Shown here piece after piece: positions 41,743 through 47,595 of a stretch of DNA of 47,595 nt; the first letter of the stretch is position 1; each line of letters opens with the position of its first letter. The notes under the pieces were generated by a model. That model ran no database searches. It was not told the DNA's origin and saw only the letters and a program-made list of their open reading frames with translations. This DNA is from a virus. A program made the position numbers and the translations under genes. The DNA lies in IMG/VR virus record IMGVR_UViG_3300023280_000122, positions 1 through 47,595 of that record. The stretch is one strand, 5' to 3'.

Positions 41743-42882
41743 ATGGGACACACCATGTTAAAGAAAATCACCGACGAAGAGCTGAGGGAATGCCTTAATC
41801 AGGGAATGACAGAAAAAAATATTGCCGAGAAATTTAAGATGGCGGTCCGTAACGTACAGATTCGTAAGGCCAGACTTACTAAAAAAGGTTTAGGCCACGG
41901 GCGAGATGTAAGCGCGTTAGTCCCAGACGGTTACCTTATAAAAGGAACCAGTACACTCACCGATGACGTCGGCAACATCAAGCAGCAATGGGTGAAAACT
42001 GACATAGACGCCGAACGGCAGCTAGAAATTATGCAAGCCGTTGTTGAAGGGATGTGCTCCGTAATTAAGCCGCTGCCGGCTGTGCCTGTTTCGGCGCGCA
42101 AGGTTGATAAAAAGCTCTTGAACCTGTACACCGTATCCGACTTCCACTTGGGTATGCTGGCCTGGGCCGACGAGACGGGCGACGACTGGGATATGAAGAT
42201 TGCCGAGCGGTTGTTTACTAAGTGGTTCGACGCGGCGTTCCAGCAAGCGCCAGACGCCGGCACCGGGGTTATTACCATTCTGGGGGAAATGGCGCACTTC
42301 GACTCCCTGGACGCGGTCACACCCACATGTGGTCAGGTTCTGGACGCCGATACGCGTTACCAGAAGCTTGTGCGCTATATGATTAGGATGGTGCGACGTG
42401 TGGTCGAAATGGCCCTTGTTAAGCACCAAACCGTTCGCCTGCTGATTGTTCAGGGGAACCATGATGAATCTGGCATGATATGGCTTGCAGAGATGTTCAG
42501 CACTCTTTACGATAACGAACCGCGCGTATTCGTCGATACCTCCGCCGACGTGTACAAGCTTGTGCAACACGGCAAAACTACCCTTTTCTTCCACCACGGA
42601 CACAAAGCGCGATTTGACGCGATTGAACCCGTGATGATTGCCAAATTCCGCAAAGCATTCGGGGAAAGCACATACAGCTATGCCCACGTCGGCCACCTGC
42701 ACCACCAGAAGATTGTTGAGTCACGCAATATGATTGTTGAGCAGCACCGCACCCTGGCGGCCAAAGATGCGTATGCGTCTCGCGGCGGCTGGATGAGCGG
42801 CAGAAGTGCCAACGTGATAACCTACAGTTCAGAATTCGGCGAAGTTGGCCGATTAACCATCAGCCCGGAGATGTTGAAATGA
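41743..42882 (+). CDS. HTH domain fused to a calcineurin-like metallophosphoesterase
   Basis: The N-terminal segment ITDEELRECLNQGMTEKNIAEKFKMAVRNVQIRKARL is HTH-like. Phosphoesterase motifs are SDFHLG, ILGEMAHFD, QGNHDE, FHHGH and VGHLHH. An alternative start is at 41755. Confidence 0.7.
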   Translation: MGHTMLKKITDEELRECLNQGMTEKNIAEKFKMAVRNVQIRKARLTKKGLGHGRDVSALVPDGYLIKGTSTLTDDVGNIKQQWVKTDIDAERQLEIMQAVVEGMCSVIKPLPAVPVSARKVDKKLLNLYTVSDFHLGMLAWADETGDDWDMKIAERLFTKWFDAAFQQAPDAGTGVITILGEMAHFDSLDAVTPTCGQVLDADTRYQKLVRYMIRMVRRVVEMALVKHQTVRLLIVQGNHDESGMIWLAEMFSTLYDNEPRVFVDTSADVYKLVQHGKTTLFFHHGHKARFDAIEPVMIAKFRKAFGESTYSYAHVGHLHHQKIVESRNMIVEQHRTLAAKDAYASRGGWMSGRSANVITYSSEFGEVGRLTISPEMLK

Positions 42883-43028
42883 AAATTGACGTAAGAGTGA
42901 CGCGTAAAGAATTGGAACGCAGCGAGCTAACCGAAGAAGAATTAAGGCAGATGGTTATATGCGACTTAGTCACCAGCGATATAGATTCAGAATACCCTGA
43001 ATTTGAAGTAAACGTTTTTATCGTCTAA
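42879..43028 (+). CDS. Hypothetical 49-aa acidic protein
   Basis: Not in the track. Its ATG overlaps the upstream stop (ATGA). A terminator follows. Confidence 0.45.
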   Translation: MKIDVRVTRKELERSELTEEELRQMVICDLVTSDIDSEYPEFEVNVFIV

Positions 43029-43033
43029 TAAAT

Positions 43034-43060
43034 AAGGCCCCTTACGGGGCCTTTTCTTTT
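43034..43060. terminator. Bidirectional intrinsic terminator
   Basis: aaggcccc-ttac-ggggcctt stem with T-runs. It lies at a convergent junction. Confidence 0.8.
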
Positions 43061-44225
43061 AGTACTCGATACGCTGAATCACGATTGAGGACTGGAACTG
43101 GTTACCAGTGGCCTGGCCTTCCATAGTCAACGTAACCGACTCAGGGCCGCCAATCTCAGGAGTAGCTGCCGTAATCTCGGCGCGCTTCAGTGTGAAAGAC
43201 ATAGCGCCCGTCGGACCGCTCAGGATAGAGGTCAGTTCGATTTGAGTCTCCGTAAGGAACAGGTTCATCAACGTCATGTCGTACAGTTTGCCGGCGAGGG
43301 AGAAGGTGTTAGCCGCGCGGCCACGCTCTACGAACGCGACACTATCGTTGCCCAGCTCATACTGTGCTGACGCGCCGTTGTCATTGGTGATTGTGAAAGT
43401 GTCAATCAGCTTAAGCGGTGCGGTACCGTTGAATGCGGACACGTCAACGCTGGAGAAAGGTTCCGCACTAAAGTTAACGGTAAAGGTTGAGCCAGTCGGA
43501 GGCGCGCTCAGAACCTGCTGGCTAAGACCGATAAACGGGAAACTACCCGTAACCATTGCGTTAACCGCTTGCTCAATAGTGAACCCTGAGAACTCTACCC
43601 CACGGGTGATAAGGTAGCTGTCCGGGCCACCACAACGGCCTTTAAACCAGGTCAGAATAGAATAGGTCTTACACAGGTTACCTGTTTGCAGCGTATCCGC
43701 CAGAACCAGCGTAGTTGTTGCCGCGGCCGCGGTAGTTAATGGCGCCTGAATTGCGGCACCAGTGACCACAAGCGCGGTAACAGACGTTACAATAAATGGT
43801 TTACCGTTATTACCCGGTAAGGTGGCAAAGCGAATCAGGTCACCTACTTCCACACCGTCGGTGAGGTAGCTGCCGGCTGCGCGAGTAAATGTCTTTGCGG
43901 TAGCGTCCACGGCAACAGACAAACCGGTCTTAGTAGAACCGACGACCCAGGAACTTGTCATAGCACCGGCAAGCAGGTCGTCCTGGCTCTGTGCGCTCAG
44001 CTCAATAGCGTATTCGCCTGCGACCTGTTTGTTACCAGTACGGATAGAAGAGGTTTCCCGGCTGCCGTCCAGCTCGTTGGAGACCAGGGCGTCGCGTGTC
44101 ACCGCGGGGATACCGCCGGTGTTGCGCAGAGGCGACCAGCTAGGGGACGCCGGCGTTACACCCGGCTCTGTCTCAAGCACGTAAAATTGTGCGGTATTCG
44201 CGCCCTTGTATGGTTGAGTTGCCAT
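43059..44225 (-). CDS. Major tail protein (putative)
   Basis: 388 aa from the ATG at 44225, which is 1 nt after the upstream stop (TAAaATG). It is the last gene of the connector cluster, and a terminator follows. Confidence 0.65.
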   Translation of the reverse strand: MATQPYKGANTAQFYVLETEPGVTPASPSWSPLRNTGGIPAVTRDALVSNELDGSRETSSIRTGNKQVAGEYAIELSAQSQDDLLAGAMTSSWVVGSTKTGLSVAVDATAKTFTRAAGSYLTDGVEVGDLIRFATLPGNNGKPFIVTSVTALVVTGAAIQAPLTTAAAATTTLVLADTLQTGNLCKTYSILTWFKGRCGGPDSYLITRGVEFSGFTIEQAVNAMVTGSFPFIGLSQQVLSAPPTGSTFTVNFSAEPFSSVDVSAFNGTAPLKLIDTFTITNDNGASAQYELGNDSVAFVERGRAANTFSLAGKLYDMTLMNLFLTETQIELTSILSGPTGAMSFTLKRAEITAATPEIGGPESVTLTMEGQATGNQFQSSIVIQRIEY

Positions 44226-44226
44226 T

Positions 44227-44640
44227 TTAAATCCTCGCAGTGAAGGCGATAAAATCGATTGATAAAGGGCGCTTCGCCCACCCATCCTTAACCATTAACG
44301 GCCCCAGGCTGACGGACTGAACTTCAGCGCAAATGTCGTTACGTCGAAACGTAGTTCCGGCGCTGAACGCCATGTTTAATAAGTCTGCCATTTTATTGAT
44401 TGGCGCGCTACCTTTAGCCGATGCAACGTTAATATCTATCTGATAAATTCCGGCCCGCTGTTCAGTAAAACCCAAGTCGGCGTGTTCAGTATCGGCGAGG
44501 AGCATGTAACTCGCCAGGTATGGGGTATTAGCACTTGTCGGCGAATCGATATTTTCCAATGCAACAACGATGCCGTTTGCCTGCCCGAATGTCATCAGCG
44601 CCACGTCGAAAACTTTTGTCAGGTCCTCAAAATACCCCAT
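44227..44640 (-). CDS. Tail terminator-like protein (DUF4128-like)
   Basis: 137 aa, between the gp10-like gene and the major tail gene. Start and stop overlap the neighbouring genes. Confidence 0.55.
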   Translation of the reverse strand: MGYFEDLTKVFDVALMTFGQANGIVVALENIDSPTSANTPYLASYMLLADTEHADLGFTEQRAGIYQIDINVASAKGSAPINKMADLLNMAFSAGTTFRRNDICAEVQSVSLGPLMVKDGWAKRPLSIDFIAFTARI

Positions 44641-45074
44641 TATTCCATCCTCGCGGCTGCTTCATCGATTAAGCGCTGGAATCTTTTAACGGTCACACGC
44701 ACAACACCTTGCGGCGCCTGCTTAGAAAAACCGCCAATCGTGTTAGGTCCGTTACCTGGGTATTGCCCGAACTCAATCGCCTCAGCGTAAGGCAGGTTAT
44801 TGGTGAACCTGAACTCATCCCATTTCGCGGACTGCTGCACAAAGTTAGTGGCGCGGGTGATAGCCTGAGAACCGCTAGGGTCAAGACCTTCCACAGTGCC
44901 TGTTGCCGGCGTATCAACTGTCGCTTGCCAGTTCATCCGGAACGCCCCCGTGTCGACTGGACTTGCCAGGATAATCTGCGAGTACAGCTTAATGGTAACC
45001 TGACGCACCACCAGCTCTGGGTTCTTCTTGGCCTTCTTGATGAAGTTTTGAATAGAGTCTTCGAAACTACTCAT
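44640..45074 (-). CDS. HK97 gp10-family head-tail joining protein
   Basis: The motif SPVDTGAFRMNWQ and the C-terminal segment NNLPYAEAIEFG are typical of that family. Confidence 0.65.
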   Translation of the reverse strand: MSSFEDSIQNFIKKAKKNPELVVRQVTIKLYSQIILASPVDTGAFRMNWQATVDTPATGTVEGLDPSGSQAITRATNFVQQSAKWDEFRFTNNLPYAEAIEFGQYPGNGPNTIGGFSKQAPQGVVRVTVKRFQRLIDEAAARME

Positions 45075-45430
45075 TTTCTCACCTGAATGAAGTAGGCAAT
45101 AACGTCGTCATTGACCGTCTTTTTTTCGATAGCCACGACGGACCAACGTTCGCCGCCAAAATCTATTTTGTCTTCCATCTTCGGCAACACGCTACTGTCA
45201 GCTTTGACGACCATGTCACCGGCCTGAATAGTTGCCCCATTAACCAAACGAGCGTTAACCGGAACCGGAGCCGATATCATCGGAATTTTAGTATCAGCCG
45301 AGCGGATAAACTCACCAGAAACTTCGTCCCAGACACGCCCCCCTGCTCGCACGAGGGTAACAGAGCTGCCGTACTTAGATAGAAGACGGGTCGCAACACC
45401 CTGCATCCTTTTACTGAATACGCTACCCAT
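45071..45430 (-). CDS. Head closure / head-tail adaptor protein (putative)
   Basis: 119 aa from the ATG at 45430. Assigned from its position in the connector cluster. Confidence 0.5.
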   Translation of the reverse strand: MGSVFSKRMQGVATRLLSKYGSSVTLVRAGGRVWDEVSGEFIRSADTKIPMISAPVPVNARLVNGATIQAGDMVVKADSSVLPKMEDKIDFGGERWSVVAIEKKTVNDDVIAYFIQVRK

Positions 45431-45431
45431 A

Positions 45432-45941
45432 TCAACCCCGCATAACCCGGAAGGATGAGCCGCCGCTCGCCCCACATAAAAGGGGGCGTAGGGCGTCTAA
45501 AGCCGCCGTGATGGTTGTGGTAGCGCCCGTTGACCCGGTGTCGAAGTAGGTCACTGTAACAGCGCCTTCTACGCGCTCGGAGGCTGTAGCGCGACCGTCG
45601 GTCGAGCCGCGAACGTCAGTGCCGGCGCCATACTCAGCGGCGGCGATAACCTGTGCCTGAAGCACAGATGCAGGCACACTATTAGCCGCTACGGAAAAGC
45701 CGTACAGCCAAATGCCGGTGCGCGGAAACGCCAAAGTTTGATACGGTGAGACCCGGCGACCACACATCGCGACTTCTTGTAGGCCGACGTACACAGCGCC
45801 ATTACGGAGCGCAATTTCGGCCGCAGTGTCGTCTTCAGGCAATTCCAGGCCGTAGCGCGTCGCCAAGGCGCGAGCGTCTGACAGGCTCACATAAGAGTCA
45901 GCACCAGCAACAACGGACCCATCCTCGACAATAAGCGCCAT
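45432..45941 (-). CDS. Head-tail connector protein (gp6-like, DnaT-like N-terminal motif)
   Basis: The N-terminus MALIVEDGSVVAGADSYVSLSDARALA is common in connector proteins. The position fits. Confidence 0.55.
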   Translation of the reverse strand: MALIVEDGSVVAGADSYVSLSDARALATRYGLELPEDDTAAEIALRNGAVYVGLQEVAMCGRRVSPYQTLAFPRTGIWLYGFSVAANSVPASVLQAQVIAAAEYGAGTDVRGSTDGRATASERVEGAVTVTYFDTGSTGATTTITAALDALRPLLCGASGGSSFRVMRG

Positions 45942-45944
45942 ATT

Positions 45945-46139
45945 TTACTCCTCACCCAGCGTATTGCGCCGACGACGACGTTTAACTTCATCACCTCCGC
46001 CGTTGCGCACGGCCTCAGCGCTATCAGGCTCTACGGCAACTAATTCTTCTTTGACGCTGTCGCGTTTAAGGACGAGCTGACCGTCAACTTCTTCCAGCCC
46101 ATTATATTTTTCGCGGACTACATAATTATCTTGTGGCAT
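45945..46139 (-). CDS. Hypothetical protein (64 aa)
   Basis: Track ORF within the head operon. The C-terminus is basic. Confidence 0.5.
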   Translation of the reverse strand: MPQDNYVVREKYNGLEEVDGQLVLKRDSVKEELVAVEPDSAEAVRNGGGDEVKRRRRRNTLGEE

Positions 46140-46154
46140 GTTAAATCCTTAAAG

Positions 46155-46172
46155 AGCGGCCCGCAGGCCGCT
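46155..46172 (-). promoter_or_regulatory. Intra-operon hairpin
   Basis: agcggcc-cgca-ggccgct stem located after the Ig-like gene. The U-tract is weak. Confidence 0.5.
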
Positions 46173-46176
46173 TAAG

Positions 46177-46527
46177 TTATGCGGTAACAGTGACAGTAGT
46201 GCTGCCTGAGATTACGTTGCCGTAGTCGTCTTGCACAACCGCTTTATATACACCGGCGTCTGCCGCGGTGGCGCTCGCTTTAGTGTAGGTACGGCCTGTT
46301 GCGCCTGGAATAGCATTACCACCTTTGTACCATTGTACTGAGTAGGGTTCGAGACCGCCAGTCAGTGCGATAGTCAGGGTTAGCGCCGCGCCGGTTGCGA
46401 CAGATTTAGTCGCGGGCAGTGCAGTAGAGAAAGACACGGCGGTAACGTTAACCATGCCTACTTCAATCTGACCGTTCGCGTCAGCGTCAGAGAGGCCGGT
46501 CGAACGGCGTTTAATTACGTCAACCAT
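46177..46527 (-). CDS. Ig-like domain protein (116 aa), possible capsid decoration
   Basis: YSVQWYKGGNAIPGATGRTYTKASATAADAGVYKAVVQDDYGN is an I-set-like Ig motif. The gene lies two genes after the capsid gene. Confidence 0.65.
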   Translation of the reverse strand: MVDVIKRRSTGLSDADANGQIEVGMVNVTAVSFSTALPATKSVATGAALTLTIALTGGLEPYSVQWYKGGNAIPGATGRTYTKASATAADAGVYKAVVQDDYGNVISGSTTVTVTA

Positions 46528-46537
46528 TTAAAACTCC

Positions 46538-46765
46538 TTATGGTGCAATGACGCCGGCAGCGCGAAGCGCAGCAAGCAGTGCGTTAAAGTTTTCTTTAGT
46601 CGGCGCCGCGGTCAAATCCGCGATAGCCGGCTGGAGAGTGACACCGCCGCGCTGCGTAGCCGTGGGCTTTTTGTTCCCCGCCATCGCCGTGCTGTCAGTG
46701 GTGCCGACCTTTAAGGTCTCGGCCTTCGCCATACTGCGCGGCAGCCCTTTACCGGTAGTAGCCAT
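46538..46765 (-). CDS. Hypothetical protein (75 aa) downstream of the capsid gene
   Basis: Track ORF. The C-terminal motif is AAPTKENFNALLAALRAAGVIA. Confidence 0.55.
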   Translation of the reverse strand: MATTGKGLPRSMAKAETLKVGTTDSTAMAGNKKPTATQRGGVTLQPAIADLTAAPTKENFNALLAALRAAGVIAP

Positions 46766-46789
46766 AATTCCTCCTGCTGTATATGCAAA

Positions 46790-46808
46790 GAGGGGCCTAA
46801 AGCCCCTC
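46790..46808 (-). terminator. Hairpin after the capsid gene (partial terminator)
   Basis: gaggggc-ctaaa-gcccctc stem, followed by TTT on the minus strand, 19 nt after the capsid stop. Confidence 0.55.
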
Positions 46809-46826
46809 CAGGATTATACGCTACGC

Positions 46827-47595
46827 TTACGCGCCTACGCCAGTTACCAGGAACGCAATCGGCACATGCTTACGGTCGACTACACGGTCCCAGTTAGAGG
46901 CGTTCGCCAGGTCCTGCCAGGAAGCAGAACGCGGAACAGTCTCGCTGCCGTTGCCGGTGATGACTGCGCTGGTGAAGGTGTAGCCCAGCGGGTGCATCAG
47001 CCAGGTTTTGCGGCTCCACAGCGCCTCAACGCCGCCGCCGTTACCGCGGGATTCCTGACGCTCATATGCCAGCGGGGTGGTCGGGTTGCCTTCGCCGTAG
47101 CCAATGGCACCGTTGCCGAAAATAACGCTGATGAATTTACGCGCGTTACCGGTACCGACCACAGTCATCTCGTCGTCACGAACAACACGATAACCCTGGT
47201 AGGTGGCAATCATGGTGTTGTTATCCGCATCGCGAATAAAGTCGATAAGCTGCTGTTTGCGCATCTGGCCGTACACGAAACTGTGCATGGCAATAACACC
47301 TAACACTTCACCGCCAGGGCCGCCGAGAGCGTCGCCCATAGTCTGGGTAGCGTCGATGAACGCGCCGGCGTCGAAGCCCGAAGTGGCGGACACGTCAATC
47401 ACCATGTCATCTTGAGTGTGGCTTGCGTCGGTTGCGGCTCGGTTGTCGTTGTAGATGCCGAGGGTGGTTGCGAGCAGACGGCGCTGCGCCTGGCGCTGCC
47501 AGAAGTCATCGAGACGAGCGGCAACGGATTGCAGCGGGTTCTGACTGGTCAGCTCTACGGTCAGGTCTGCCTGGCCGAATGCTTCGTTCAGGTAC
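46827..47595 (-). CDS. Major capsid protein, C-terminal part (continues into 1-422 via the end overlap)
   Basis: The frame is open from the stop at 46827 to the window end. 47454-47456 forms one codon, in phase with the ORF that starts at 422. Confidence 0.75.
   Translation of the reverse strand, partial: YLNEAFGQADLTVELTSQNPLQSVAARLDDFWQRQAQRRLLATTLGIYNDNRAATDASHTQDDMVIDVSATSGFDAGAFIDATQTMGDALGGPGGEVLGVIAMHSFVYGQMRKQQLIDFIRDADNNTMIATYQGYRVVRDDEMTVVGTGNARKFISVIFGNGAIGYGEGNPTTPLAYERQESRGNGGGVEALWSRKTWLMHPLGYTFTSAVITGNGSETVPRSASWQDLANASNWDRVVDRKHVPIAFLVTGVGA
47455..47595. repeat. End overlap: identical to bases 1-141
   Basis: Direct comparison of the two ends. Confidence 0.95.

Overview
The window is a complete genome of a tailed dsDNA phage. 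Bases 1-141 are identical to 47455-47595, so the unique length is 47454 bp and the contig closes on itself inside the major capsid gene. The tail is siphovirus-type, and the host is probably enterobacterial; that is an inference from about 50-55 percent GC, sigma70-like promoters and lipobox usage. Most of the minus strand carries late genes: small and large terminase, an esterase-tipped fibre, portal, Mu-F-like head protein, scaffold, capsid, connector proteins, major tail protein, G/GT chaperones with a GGGTTTG -1 slip site, tape measure, tip proteins, a J-like protein and a beta-helix tailspike. The lysis genes are split between two loci: endolysin at 16.6-17.8 kb and spanins at 2.0-2.6 kb. 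The plus strand from 22.5 to 31.3 kb carries a replication module: a DUF2800-like PD-(D/E)XK nuclease, a DUF2815-like SSB, family A DNA polymerase, VRR-NUC, a C5-methyltransferase-like protein and an SNF2 helicase. A prim-pol/helicase and an XRE-type regulator lie on the minus strand next to it. I found no integrase, RNA polymerase, reverse transcriptase, tRNA or CRISPR array. The observations most worth following are these. (1) A palindrome TAATA-N6-TATTA overlaps the -10 element of at least six early-type promoters. (2) An operon of seven or eight tiny genes ending in an HTH protein has an acr/aca-like layout. (3) Three opposite-strand accessory islands interrupt the head, packaging and tail modules; one encodes an HTH-metallophosphoesterase fusion and another a beta-helix glycanase-like protein. 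(4) The Dam-type methyltransferase is frameshifted by a 26-bp tandem duplication. (5) A collagen-like gene is split at a G4 run. (6) A TATCCC iteron array lies beside the primase gene. All family assignments come from motif recognition by eye and from gene order. No HMM, BLAST or folding software was run.
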